Of a stretch of DNA of 64,000 nucleotides, positions 1 through 13,615 are shown piece by piece. The notes under the pieces are model-generated. The model worked only from the letters and a program-made list of their open reading frames with translations. It was not told where the DNA came from and did no database searches. Position 1 is the stretch's first letter. Each line of letters starts with the position of its first letter. The translations under genes were made by a program, and so were the position numbers. The stretch lies in NCBI RefSeq assembly GCF_009914755.1, contig NC_060930.1, one strand, 5' to 3'. This DNA comes from the human T2T-CHM13v2.0 reference genome, Homo sapiens.

Positions 1-1329
1 TTGGATAAGGAAATTCCTGAACTTGATGTATTATTATTCTGACATGGAGGAAAATGTTCCTTATGAGCTCCTTCTAGGACATTTACATTTATAATATAAT
101 AAGAATAATTTTTTTCACATTATATGACAAATTTATATAATTTTTTCTAATGATTACCAGTAATTAAATGTCAGTTTCTAACTTGGCTCCAAATAGTTAA
201 ATTTTAAACTATTTTAACAATCATAAAGTGTTCAGGTCCTTTAGTCAAGGACAATTAACCATTTATTTTTATATTACAGGAGGTCAACATGAAGCAAATT
301 TAGACAAATTGTAGTTAACTTTGCATAAGCATTTTCTTTAAAGAAAATCTGTAAACTCCAGACTACTTTGATTAATTTAAAAACCTTTCGTCCTCCTGTA
401 AATTGATTCCATTGTGCAAATGTCTTGTACTGTGGTACTTCTTACTCTTAGAGAATTGTCACCTGTGCTATTCAGTCAGCTCAGTCAGTGAGAATAAAAA
501 GACCTCAGAGAACCACAAAGAATTCTAAGAAGATGCTCTCTCTCTCTCAGGAACTGTGTGTTGGATGGATCAAACCTTGAAATCAAAATGTTCAACTTTG
601 AGTTTATGTTAAAAAGAAAGCTTCCCATATTAATGTCTAGAAATAAGTTTTACACTGTTCTCTCTTGGAAGGGCATTATTTTTGCATTTTGTTGACAAAA
701 GCAAATTTCATAAATAACTGTTTCATTTCAATTAACCAGTTTCTTTGGGATTTATTTTAAGATGGACTTCTTAAAGTAAGGCTTTTGATATTTTTAAACT
801 TAGAAATTTGTATATATGGCCTGCTTTGATCATCATTGTTGATCAATGCTTATAATACTAGTCTAAGTGGCAAATGAATTTTTCTCTTCGAGCATGTAAA
901 CTCATTTATATACTTGTTCTTTTAAAAAAAATACATGGAATGCCTTTTTGTGCTGGATTTCTTTGTTCTCTCTTCTATTGCAGGAGGTTAAGCTTTTCAT
1001 AGTAACATTTTTAGTGTTGACTCATACTACTTATCTTAATAATTTCAATCAGTCTAATGGAGTGACCTAGCTACTTGGTTCTGTATAATGATGATTCCTG
1101 TCTAGAAATCATCCTCAGACTTCCTTGTCTTCTCTTTTAGTGAAACAAACTGTACAGCACTGTCACTCATTTTAATAGGGGCAATGTCATTGCTTGCCAC
1201 CTGTTATTTAATCTTTAGGATTTGGCAAAACAGACACCTTTCTTTTTATTCCACATTGCCCTGTTTACCAGATATAGGACTAGCTCTTTGCTGTTGAAGA
1301 CTTTCAAAGGATTTGCATTTAGAGGAACT

Positions 1330-1475
1330 TGAGGTTGAATTCTGACTCCATCAATTAATAGTCAAATAATGTTGTACAAGTTATTTATATAATATAAAAT
1401 TATATTTCTTCATCTGTAAAATTGAATTAATAATATCTTTTATTTGGTTTTATTGTAAGGATCAAATGGACATAT
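1330..1475 (+). mobile_element. MIR SINE fragment
   Basis: Contains gttgaattctgactcc...ttcttcatctgtaaaattg...ttattgtaaggatcaaatg, which follows the MIR core. Confidence 0.7.
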
Positions 1476-1582
1476 AGAGAGGCAGATATAGATATAAACA
1501 GATATAAGATACATAGCTAGATAGATGATAGATATTAGCTGGCTACACAAATGCTATATACATGATAGATATAGATACAGAT
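1476..1582. repeat. Degenerate (TAGA/TAGATA)n simple repeat
   Basis: Repeated gatata/gataga/gataca units. Confidence 0.6.
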
Positions 1583-4184
1583 TCATAAACATATGGTATT
1601 GTAACTATTATGGTTATAATATATATTATAAATATTACCACTTATTTCAAATTTAAAACTAACCAATGAAATACAAATTATATTTTGATTTCATTGAATT
1701 GTCTTGCAATTTAGAACACTTTGGAACTGAATGTTTTTTATGTGGTTGGTAGTGCGGAAAACTGGGAAAGGTCAATTAAAACACAGAAATGCAAGGTTTA
1801 GAGAATGTTTAAATGAGGTAGTGCTCATTTAAGAATGTGTAAGATTGTAACACAAAAATAGAAACCAATGAGGAGGCACCAACAAGTAAGCACTTAAATC
1901 ATACCATAAAGAATGGGAATGAGTTTTTCAAAATAAATAGGAACTCTTGATTCTTAGGAAGGTTCGTGTATTAATTGCTTAATTTTGTCAGTTTATTTTA
2001 TTTGAGATTATTACATTCATTTTGTTCTATCTTTTAAATTTATTTTATCTCAGTGACATCATTGTATGTCTGCTGTATGACAAGCACAAAAGCATCATTC
2101 TTACCTTTATGAGAGTTAGTAATGAGCACAGGAGCCTTTAAAAAATGAACCTGGTAATTTAAAGAGAACATGGTTATTGATAATGAGATTAAAATGTGGT
2201 TTAGTGAGAGGGTGCTAGGAAAGCAAATAGAAAAGATATTTATTCCAGCCTGTGGATTTGAGGAAGATCTGCTAAATAGACGGTGTTGTGATCTGCTTTT
2301 TGTGATTTCTATGAAAGACACAGGTAATAGTCACAGGTAATGGAAGGATCAAATATGCTATCTTAGATGTGTTGATTGAAAATCTCTAATAGGTAGGTCT
2401 AGGCATATAGATTATTTGTACAAATTTTCCCAGGTGATTTTAATTTTTATCTATGATTCCTTTTACTTCAACACAGATTTATCTAACTTTTGTATAATTT
2501 TTCCCTGGAGGAAAATTAATAAAATGAATATTAAAATATTATTTTAAAATGAATCATTTATTTATACTGAAAACATTCCCTTAGCTTCTACATATTTTGG
2601 ATCACAAATTGTGAAACACCCACTTCTACAATATGAATGGACATTAACTCTTCTGTATTTAACAACAATTAGAGAAACTTGTTCTTTGAATAATCACTTT
2701 ACATTTTGCAGATACTTCAGGCCAATAAATTTGACCAGATGGGTGCATCTATTTGTGTAAATTACTCCTATTGAGAGAAAAACTAGCACGTAAATGAGGC
2801 AATTCTAAAGAGTAAATCCAGCTAATGTGTTCCTAGAATTTTTCAGAGATCAGTATTTCAAAGATCTTTATAAAATAAAACAGAAATAATTCTTGGGATG
2901 TATTAATTTGTTTTGAATACTGGCAGAAGGGGAGAAACTTTCACAGCTTGGGTGACAAATTTTTTAATATTTTGAGACATATTTATGAGAAACTAAAAAT
3001 ATTATCTGTAATAGTTGTTGGTACTTGATTGATTACATTTATTTCTACTCAGACAATCTCTTCTTTTAACATCTGATAGGTTCCTTTGCATTAAGAGAAT
3101 CTCCCATTTGAGACCCAAATCAGGCCTGAGGGCATGGGCAAAAATCACAAACAGAATACAAATACCCAGAGCTCTTAGAGTGACATAATAAGCTGGGGAA
3201 ATTTGATTGCGCATCACCACCGAGAGCAGTTCGACCAATTAGTGTGCTGGAGCATGCCCATTATGAACAACAGTCCTAGGGACCTCTTTCCCTTCACCCA
3301 AGCAGTAGGTGGGGGGCATGGACAAATAGAAGACAACCCTGCCTTTAGAGGGAGGTGTAGTAAGGGATTCAAGCAAAGGGCAGTCGTCCACACTGATATT
3401 TCTCAGGTACCTCCTATTTTCAAAGACATCTTCACTCCTAACTGTGTGACTCAAATCATTCCTTTATCATAGAATAGTGAAGATATATAATAACCATATT
3501 AGGGAATCTGTAAAACATATAAATGCACACACACAAACTCCTCCAGGGTCGAGAGGAGAAAAAGGGGTAAAAGAACAGGTAAATAAACACCATGTGGTCT
3601 TCACCTTAATGCAAATTTTGATACTTATACAAATAATGCAAAAACACATTCAGGTGCCTAGGTGGACCAGGGCAAAGGGAGGGACAGGGTCTTGAATAGG
3701 ACTTTAATGTGGACACAGGGCAGAAGTTTCAAATCCAAACAAGAAATCTTTAAGAAGGCATTAAATAAGTATGCTATCAAATATTTATACTCCTTAAGGG
3801 CAAACATTACATTTTTTTTCCCTTGAGTAGATCTACTTTATTTTCAAAACACCTTTTTTTTTCTCACTGCAATCAATATAAGAGGAGGTTAAAAAGGAAA
3901 TCTATAAACGGTTGGAATCAATTTAGCATTATCTGATCATAGAAAAGGGATTTGGAAAGTATAAATGAGATCTGCTGTAATTTTTCTCCTCTAACTTCTG
4001 CCATTAAAACAATACCAAATATAGTCAGTGTTATTTTATTTGTAATGTGTTTTCCCTTTATCCATCATAATTAAACAATTTCAGTATAGAAAAGACAAAT
4101 AGAAACCCCTTTACAACTAACTTGTTAGTTGTCATGGAATTGAGGAAATTTTAGGTCTTTTTCTTCCTTGTAACTAAGGTAAAG

Positions 4185-4498
4185 AACCATCATTCTCAGC
4201 AAACTATCGCAAGGACAAAAAGCCAAACACCGCATGTTCTCACTCACAGGTGGGAATTGAACAATGAGAACACTTGGACACAAGAAGGGGAACATCACAC
4301 ACCGGGGCCTGTCGTAGGGTGGGGGGAGGGGGGAGGGATAGCATTAGGAGATATACCTAATGTAAATGATGAGTTAACGGGTGCAGCAAACCAACATGGC
4401 ACATGTATACATATGTAACAAACCTGCACGTTGTGCACATGTACCCTAGAACTTGAAGTATAATAAAGAATAAAATAATTTAAAAAACTATAAAAAAA
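4185..4498 (+). mobile_element. L1PA (about PA4-6) 5'-truncated 3' end
   Basis: Runs aaccatcattctcagcaaactatcgcaagg...ggtgggaattgaacaatgagaac, then the G-rich tract, gtaccctagaacttgaagtataataa and an A-rich tail. Confidence 0.95.
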
Positions 4499-5496
4499 TT
4501 TGTTTTGTAGATTTAGTCAAGGAATTTCATAGAACACATGAAAGACTTAAGTATCCTAATGAATATCTTTGATTCTATGCCGAAATTAGAGTAAATTTAA
4601 TTTTAAATTATAAAAAGCACTTCAAAATGATTAGAATAATCAATGAAAGTTGCCACTATGAAACTGTCATTTATTTTTGTCAGCAAGAAAACGGCTTCTG
4701 ACTAAATCTCGCAGTGTTGAAAATGGTACAATAGTAAAGCCAATAAATCAATTCCATTGCCTCGATATTTCATAGCCACTGACTGAAACATAGCCTCAGA
4801 TTATTGTTTGGGACTGGGCTGACAAACAAGCATGACTCACTGTTAGTTCCCTCCATCCTTTCCAACAGTAGACATCAATCATTAGTCAGGCCTTCTTCCT
4901 CACCTGGTCCAAATGAGAATCCAGTCACACTCAATACAGGGCTCCAGGCTGTCACTACCAATTGATCTGAGTTAATATGTAACACGAAACCTATTCACCT
5001 TCTTGTGATGTATATATCTTTACAAGATAATTTAATCAGAGGAGAAAAGTTTGCATTTGCAAGTTGGTGTGGCTATTATTATAGCTCCTCCTCATGTCAG
5101 ATTCATAGAGCAGCTTCTTGAAAACTTGCTTCTTTTATTAAATCTCATTTTTTGCCACATCTTGGTTCAAGGCTCTTTTGATTGATGGCTTGCAAAACAA
5201 CAGGACCAAAACAGGTTCATTTTTCTTCTGTGCAGTGAAAAACATTTAAATTGGCTCTTCATTATTGTTGTTCTGCCTCAAAGAAGAAACTCAGAAATTT
5301 CCCACATCAAATGGCACAGTCGTAACACACCAGGAAACATCTTCCTTTTTAATATTTATCCACTATCCTAATTACTCTTTAAAGATAGAAGTGATGTTTA
5401 TAAACATATGAAGATTTTAGATTTTTTTGGTGATTTATTTCAAGCTACGGGATACAGGAGTTATTGGACAAGCACAGTTTATTCTGGTTTGGCAGG

Positions 5497-5693
5497 TGTA
5501 TTAGGCTGTTCTTGCTCTGCTATAAAGAAATACTGGAGATGAGGTAATCCATAAGAAAAAGAGGAGTAAGTGACTCTTGGATCTGCAAGCCCTACAGGAA
5601 GTATAGCAACATCTGCTTCTGGGGAGACTTCAGGAAGTTTCCAATCATGGTGGAAGACAAAGAGGGAGCAGGCATGTCACATAGCAAGAACAG

Positions 5694-5724
<31 letters not shown>

Positions 5725-5932
5725 GAGAGGGAGGGAAGTACTACACTTTTTTAAATGACTAGATCTCATAAGTCACTCACTTTTGCAAAAATAGCACCAA
5801 GGGGATGGTACTAAACCATTCATGAGAAATCTGTCCCCATGATCCAATTATCTCCCACCAGTACCCACTTCCAACATTGGGGAATATATTTCAAAGTGAG
5901 ATTTGGTGGGGACACAGATCCAAACCGTATCA
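5497..5932 (-). mobile_element. MST (MSTA/MSTB, ERVL-MaLR) solo LTR
   Basis: Termini tgtattag...caaaccgtatca. Perfect 5-bp TSD GCAGG at 5492-5496 and 5933-5937. Internal (GA)n near 5703-5725. Confidence 0.92.
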
Positions 5933-7087
5933 GCAGGATTGATAAATTGCTTATGAGTCTGCAAAATTAAATTGGAAATATAGTCTTTGACTGCATTAAT
6001 TCAATATATCAAATTATTTTTAGACTTCTTATTGACTTAAGTGTCAGTGAGACAGCCTACAGGGATCAGTTTCGCTGCTCTACAGAGTAAAGCAGGAAGG
6101 AGATAGGAAAGGATTCAAGGCCAAAAAGACAGAGAACTCAGCACTCTAATTATTTTCCTTTCAAATATTAGAGCCCCCTAATATTTCAGTTCTATTAATA
6201 AAAATGAACAGAAAAATGAGAGACTCTACAGTCAGCCAAGATAAAATAATCAATAAAAATCTTACGGTAATATTTTGGTCTTTTGGAACCACTCAGAGTA
6301 GTTTCTGTTTTTCTGATCAGACCCTGGCTGATACATTCGACTGAAATATAAAATATGTAGGATTTGCTTTTGTTTTCTGGATACATATGTATGTGGCTAG
6401 AACTTGTACAGAATTCATGTGACTTTTGGCCATTATTGCAGGGTATTTAAAATAGACCTATGTTTTTCTAAATATTTTAAATTTGGCATTTTGGCTATTC
6501 AATATTGTTAACTTATGTTAAAATGCATCAGATATAAGATGCATTGATGGGTGGTTGGAAAGATTAATGAAGGATAGGTATTAACCAACAAGTATGGTAA
6601 AATGTTAGTAGTAAAATCAAGGTGATGGGTATATAACTGTTTACTGTAAAATAACTTCAACTCTACTGTATGTTTTAAAGCGGCCATAATGTTGAACAAA
6701 TTAAATTTTGTGGATTTCAAAACAATCTTTTTTATCACTCAGAATTAATAATTTAGAGTTATAAATTAATATTTTTGCTTCCCTTAATTTGGTAAAAATT
6801 GAAAAGCAAGCTTAAATACAACATAAACACTCTCCCATAAGCTACTACCATTGTGTGGGTCAAAGAAGTATAATTTTGAAATTTTGAGCGTATCAATTTA
6901 TAGTCATAAAGGTCAGATTCAGACTTGAATTTAACTATATATATGTTTCTATAATTTATATAATAATTCTACTCCAGAAGAATTATTTTTCAACACTGAT
7001 TTTGTAAATTAAATTATGGCTCTACATAGGGAATTTTCTTTTTTCAAAGATTTAATTCATATGTTTACAAAATACCTAAAATATTAA

Positions 7088-7416
<329 letters not shown>

Positions 7417-8679
7417 ATTAAAATTAGTATATTGTCATTGATAGATGTTTCTGCAAAATTTAATTTTAAATGTCATCTTTGTATTTAAAGGGGGCTTTAG
7501 CATGAAGCTTACTAGTGAAAAGTTGTCAATATATTAGTCCCTAATACATGTTTATGACCTATTTGATTATACAGCATTTTACCATTGAATAACATTTTGA
7601 CATTTTAAACATAAATTATTATGAAACACTGTGTACATTTAATTTGAAGGTTGTCCAAATTTATTATAAAATATGAGAAAGAAAACTGGACTATTGAGCA
7701 AAGCATGATGTTATTGAAGCATCTAGGCTTATTAACCTAAAATACTGTATCTTTGTTGTTTTAACAGTTTTGCTCTGCTTTTAGATTTGGGGCACTTAGA
7801 GAATAATGCCAACCTGATTATCATTCTCAAGTGAGCTTTCAAGAGTTCATTAAAAGTTAAGAAGAGAACAGCATGCTCTGGGAAGCAGCTATTTTTAACA
7901 GCAACAAATTTGAATTCACCTACTTTAAAGCTTTTTGCTGTTTTTAGAAAATATTTCTATCAATAACTTTGAGATTAGAAGTCTATTAAGGTCACAGTTC
8001 ACAGTCTCATAACACAATATTCTGATATTTTCCCCTTCTGACTGAATTCATGAGAACCAAATTATTTTACTTAAGAGGAGCCTACATAAATAAGCAGAGT
8101 GTACATATTTGCTCTAAAAAGAAAACAAACAAGAACTTTGAAATGTCCAGTTTAATTGGAGTCCACAGGTATGTATAATTATGCTTTGATTTGATAAATC
8201 AGTGCTAAATAATCTGTGAAAACCTTGCTTTGTGGCAAAGGGCTCCTTTTAGCAGGTAAAGCTTGAAATTCCATCAATGAAAGTAAAATCCTGTATCATT
8301 AGGTATAGTTTTGTGTCAAATCTAAATGAAACAAACAGTCTTTGAAAGCTATAACATCTGGTTAGTAATTTAGCTATATCACAAACAATATTTTTAATTA
8401 CGCTTTAAACATATCAGTCTCTATTTATTATAATTAAATATTTAGAGAAATACTGGGAAAATATTTTTTAAATTACAAAATGCATTTATAAATAGTTACC
8501 AGAGAAAAGAAAGCTACATTTTTGAAATGTTGTATTTAAAACAAATCACAGATTTTTGTTTTTCTAGAATGTTCTTGCTTCCTTTTTATTTGTCCAGCTA
8601 CTATTTATTATTAGGCACCAACTTTGTAGTCATTCCCTTCCCTCTAGCTCATTACCCTAAACATGAAGAGTAGCCTAGC

Positions 8680-8850
8680 TATGTCATATTTTCAAATACA
8701 GCATTCTGTAACACTCAATATAATGTTTGCTTGTATGTTTTCTCCACTAGAATTTAAGCTCAAAGAGTGTAGGGACTGTGATTTCTCCAGTGCTTATCCA
8801 TTGCTATTTGTGTTTTCAATTGCACAGAGTAAATGCTCAATAAATTGGAA
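8680..8850 (+). mobile_element. L2 3' end fragment
   Basis: tctccactagaatttaagctcaaagagtgtagggactgtg...gcacagagtaaatgctcaataaat resembles the L2 3' terminus. Confidence 0.7.
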
Positions 8851-9040
8851 TACTTGACTTAAGTTCTGAAGCCTCTCTTCTCTAAAAGTCATTGTAATGT
8901 AAATCAGCATTTCAGTGGTCTTGAAAGGGAGATAACGCATTTCAGGATCTCCTCCTTTCCTTTTTAATATAAATGTGTGTTTGTTTGAAGAATCATGATG
9001 GAATCAAACAATCTAGGCTTCTAACTCTGTGTCTCACTCT

Positions 9041-9188
9041 GTGTCTGTCAGTGCCCCCGACCACACACCTTCAGAACCAGATGGACATGTGAAGGGTTTA
9101 ATTGAAGAGAGTTTAACGAAAGGGTTATTTAAAGGTGTGGGCAGTGCTAAGTGGACTAATCTGAGATACGGAAACATTCAGGGACTAG
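9041..9188 (-). mobile_element. Ancient ERVL LTR (LTR33-like), left part
   Basis: cagatgg...aattgaagagagtttaacgaaagggttattt...aaggtgtgggcag...gggactagc. Interrupted by MER31. Confidence 0.6.
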
Positions 9189-9667
9189 CGCTGAAGAAAT
9201 AATAGAGCTAGACTGTAGTTAAAGTGACAAGCACAGATTTTATTTAGGAGCTACTGCAATAGTGGAAAAGATACTTCAGCATAGTCCTGGAGTCAGTTCA
9301 AAATACAGCATGGGCAAGTGAGAAGTTACATCCAGACAGAAGGGTGGGAGTCAGTAGATAGAAAATTACAAAGAGGAAACATCAGGGGTGAGGAGTGATT
9401 CTGGCTAACCCAGCTTGACAGGATTCTTAGTGAAGGCAGGCCACGGTGATCAGATATCATCTAAAGGATGATGGTGGATGAGGAAGTTGATCAAATATTG
9501 AGGTGATCAAATACTGAAGTGGGGGGTATTCTCTCTAAACTGACAGGGTTTTTGCTAAAATTAGATGATGCAAAGGTTGTCACAGAGGTTGAAAGGTCTA
9601 GATGTAGTTGAGAAAAGCGTTCAGAGGAGGCTTGAGTAGAGTTTGGTCAAGGATAGAGTCTTTTTCA
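9189..9667 (-). mobile_element. MER31-like ERV1 solo LTR nested in the LTR33-like element
   Basis: The minus strand starts tgaaaaagactctatccttgaccaaactct, like the MER31 5' end. CTAG is duplicated on both sides (9185-9188, 9668-9671). Confidence 0.8.
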
Positions 9668-9835
9668 CTAGCAAGAATGAGAAGCTGTTATCACCCCCAA
9701 AGGAGCAAAGAGAAGAAGGAACATTATAGGGTCTGGGACTTAGAGGAAAGCAGTCACTGCTAAAATTTTGACCCAGCAATGATGGAGCTGGCTGGGGTGG
9801 GGAAGACTAGGGACTGAAAAATAAGTACCTCAATT
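9668..9835 (-). mobile_element. Ancient ERVL LTR (LTR33-like), right part
   Basis: ctagcaagaatgagaagctgttatcacccc...aataagtacctc continues the left part collinearly. Confidence 0.55.
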
Positions 9836-9999
9836 TGCCATAAAAGATATGGTGATGTGATTAAAGCAGCACACATTCCTTTTGGTGAACATAGGATTTT
9901 ACTATACCTAGGCTATAAGAAAAAGCTTGTTATGAATAATGGAGGTGACCGTATGTGTATGGCACATATGTGCATCTGCATGTTTGTGTTGTTTCTGTA

Positions 10000-10232
10000 G
10001 CAGCAGCATGACTTGAGCACCAGCTCTGAGCCACGCTGCCTGTGTTCATATTCTGGCTCTGCCACTTACTAGCAATGTGACCTTGGGCAAGTTACTTAAT
10101 ATTTCTATGCATTAATTCTACATCTATGCAATGGGGATAATGGTATTGTCTGCTGTAGAATAGTATGAGACATACAAGTTCTGAGAATAAGTTTGGGACT
10201 TAATGAGAACTAATTAAATGTTAGTGTTACTA
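10000..10232 (+). mobile_element. MIR SINE
   Basis: ctggctctgccacttactagcaatgtgaccttgggcaagttacttaa...atggggataatg is the MIR core. Confidence 0.9.
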
Positions 10233-10323
10233 CAGGCATATGTAATAATTTTTTTCCCAGTGCATATATAATATTGTAGTCTACCCATAGCTAGTCGTTT
10301 ATAATTAAGATTGTTTTGATGGA

Positions 10324-10621
10324 GGCTGGGCGTGGTGGCTCACGCCTATAATCCCAGCACTTTGGGAGGCCGAGGCAAGCAGCTCACCAGATCAGGAGAT
10401 GGAGACCATCCTGGCTAACACAGCGAAACCCCGTCTCTACTAAAAATACAAAAAATTAGCCAGGCATGGTGGCGGGTACCTGTAGACCAAGCTACTTGGG
10501 AGGCTGAGGCAGGACAATGGTGTGAACCCAGGCGGCGGAGTTTGCAGTGAGCCAAGATTGCACCACGGCACTCCAGCCTGGGCAACAGAGCCAGACTCCA
10601 TCTCAAAAAAAAAAAAAAAAA
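10324..10621 (+). mobile_element. AluY-like, full length
   Basis: Has AluY-type segments gagaccatcctggctaacac and aatggtgtgaaccc. Perfect 17-bp TSD aagattgttttgatgga (10307-10323, 10622-10638) at a TT|AAGA L1-endonuclease site. Confidence 0.96.
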
Positions 10622-11631
10622 AAGATTGTTTTGATGGAAGGATTTGCTGACAATGACTATATCAGTGACAAAACAGATTTAAAAGTCATCTTTTCATTTT
10701 CGTATGGTCTATTTGGACTGATTGTCTAATGGATTATCTTGAAATTGGCCTCCAAATAGGCTGAAATCTAGTTTAAATCACATCTGCTTGAATTGTTGTG
10801 CTCTTAGATACGTTCCTTCTCAGCAGCACATCTGGATTCATCCAGGTACTTAAGAAACTCCTTTTCGGCAATATGTCCTGTTCTAGTGAGGTAAAACCAT
10901 TTGTGTCTATCTGTGTTTGTGTGTGTATTTGGAAGGGAAAATATTCCCAATATATGCAATTTATTAGTATAAAATTATAGCCAATGAAAAAATGAGTTTA
11001 TTTTTACCTATGTATTAGTTGCTTACATTTAACATAATTGACATAATCCAATCAAATGGGCTAAAGATTAAAATACAGTTTTCTGTATTTGTGAGATTAA
11101 TTGAATAATTATACTTATAAATTATTGAGAAATAATCTTTGTTCTTATTAAAATAAGTTCATCAATTCACAGTAATCACAATATGAAGTAAATTGATGGA
11201 TAAAATTGAGTGAATTATTTTAGAAAGAACTCCAGTAGTGTAAGAACTGTTAAGAAATTAGTTATTATCATTCCCCCTACTTTTCCTTTATTAGAAAACC
11301 AGTCTCTGCTCAGAGACTCAAGAGGGAAGGCATAGGTACAGCACTAACACAAGGAAGGACAATTAGACTAAGTCCATTAGCTTTGTAGAACTGAACGGGA
11401 AAGTCAGTGCCTCAGGGGCAAAGTTCCTGTGCAAGAGGATGGCTAAGCAGAGACACAAGAAAGTAAAGTCACAGAGAGACACAGACAAGCACCCCAGCAA
11501 GCTTGACGATTAACCAAGAGCAAAAAAGACAAAGACTATCTGGAGAATTTCCACTTATTCTGAGGCAGAATTTCAATTTGTACACTTAGGGTCCATGAAA
11601 TTTTCAGGTAACAGACTTTTTGTATTTGAGC

Positions 11632-11921
11632 CAGGGCTGACCCATACATTCCTTGGCCAGAGACAATTTTGACTTTGTGGTTTCTTGCTTCCAATAAAAA
11701 TAATAATAATAAAATTATATTGTAGTGACATTAGTATAAAGAGAGATATAACCCAAGCTATATTATGTTCAACTTTTTAGTGAAGCAAAAGGTTCAAAAT
11801 GTCCAGAACATTTTCTTCTTTTGATTTCACAAGAAATTAAAGCATTTCTAAAGACCTCAAAATGTATCTGGGGTCCTGGACCCTGTGCCTCCCACTGTGC
11901 CCAGTGGCTAAATTGGCCTTG
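11632..11921 (+). mobile_element. hAT-Tip100 MITE (ORSL/MER91-like)
   Basis: Termini cagggc...ggccttg. Internal aaaattatatt...gtataaaga...aagaaattaaagcattt...ctgtgcct...ctgtgcccagtggctaaattggccttg. Confidence 0.6.
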
Positions 11922-13479
11922 ACTTAGCCTTCTTTGAAAGCATTTCTATTCCCTGTCCTCGAGTAATCCTTACCTAAGAAAAATGACATTCTCCAGTGAA
12001 ATTTCCTAAAGGGCCCAGTTCAAAGATACATAAAATCTGTAAAATTAACAGAAGTTTGAAACATGTCACGTGGTTAGATTTTTTAAAAACAAAACCGAAG
12101 ACGTCCAATTAAATAGATCTAACATTTAAAAGTTCCTAACCACTGACGTCTGTGCTAAATATTGTTTAAAAATGTTTTGAATTATTTCAAGAGTAGCTAA
12201 TTAAGAAGAAAATATCTTACTGTTGATCCATGTCAGATTTAAAGCTTCCTTTGATTTCATTTTTAAAATAGTTTTACTGAAAATTAAGTGAATATTTCAT
12301 ACTTGCAAATAGTATCTAAGGAAATTCTGAAAATGAGCTTTTGTTTTGATTTTCATTAATGTCGACACCTATTACCAATCTGTACCTAATGTCACTTTTT
12401 TTTTAACTTAATAACATTGAAATCAGAAAAAAAATCATTATATCTCACTAGGCACAATCACTGGGATTTTGATGAAAGGAAATGCATTTCTCATGCAGTC
12501 TTTTAGTAAGGATTTGTTTAAAATGCGGGTTGTTCTACTTTAAAGCTCAATGCTCTGGACATTTTGAACCTTTTACTGCATTAACTGCATTCATTCTAAA
12601 ATACCTTTCAATTTAAAACAGAAGATAATTGTAATACCTTGAAGCAAATGAGATGTTATTGCAATAATTAAATCCAAAATGAGATGCAGATACTTTAGAC
12701 CTGCTGCTATTTCAGCTATTTAATAGCGAATAGCTTTTCCATTGGTCACACTGATTTCTTTCTTTTCCGGTTGAGATGGAGTGCTGCATACTAATCATAT
12801 TCTAATGCATTTTACAAGAGGTAAAATGTGTATTAAGCTCTATCACACTATTTTAAATTAATATAACTTTGCAAAAATTATAATACTTAAATGACATGAT
12901 GTTTTCATCCCTCACAAAAATGCATCAGATTTAAGAAAATAATTTTACATAACAATAGGTAACTTGAATACTAAGTGGTTTTTCCACTAATGAATTTGCC
13001 AGAGGAATCAGGGGGCTTTTCTTATTAGTTTTCTCAAGCTTCAGAAACTTTCAGTGTTTAAACTGTGCCTCAACATTTCAGCTGGAGGTGTGGAGCTTGT
13101 CCATGTGATTGAATATGTGAATGGCTATACTGAGAGAACAAAGCAACTATTTTTTTCAAATAGTGTCATTTTTTTCTCTGGAAGGAATATCATTTCCATC
13201 AAGGACATAGCTCATAAATTAAAATATTAAACCAGAATACATTATTTATGTCAAACTACGTATGCAAAAGGACGTTTCTGTTTATAGAAATAACCTAAAT
13301 ATCATATTTCTCTTGAAGAACAACTTCTAGTAGATGTATTTCTCTCTTGGTGAAATAATTACGTGCTTCAGTGTTTGAGAAGCTGAAAACCACTACATTT
13401 TTGGCTGCCCCTCTTAGCCCTTGCCTGTGGCATTCCTTACTGCTCTTCTCTCCCCTTTTTCTTTAAATCTTACTTTAAA

Positions 13480-13615
13480 ATAATGGTAATAGCTGACACA
13501 TGTTAACACATATTGAGCACTTACTGGGCACTGGAGTAATCTGAGGTCCTGGAGCTAGTCTGTGGACAGCAAATGTGCACCTAGGTGGTCCAGCTCCAGA
13601 GCTCATGCTCTTAAC
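13480..13615 (-). mobile_element. MIR fragment (internally deleted)
   Basis: taatagctgacac...tattgagcacttact...ctccagagctcatgctcttaac. Confidence 0.55.

Noticed and set aside
4317-4337. G-quadruplex-like tract (also at about 24968-24991)
   Set aside because: It is the known G-rich tract of the L1 3' UTR.
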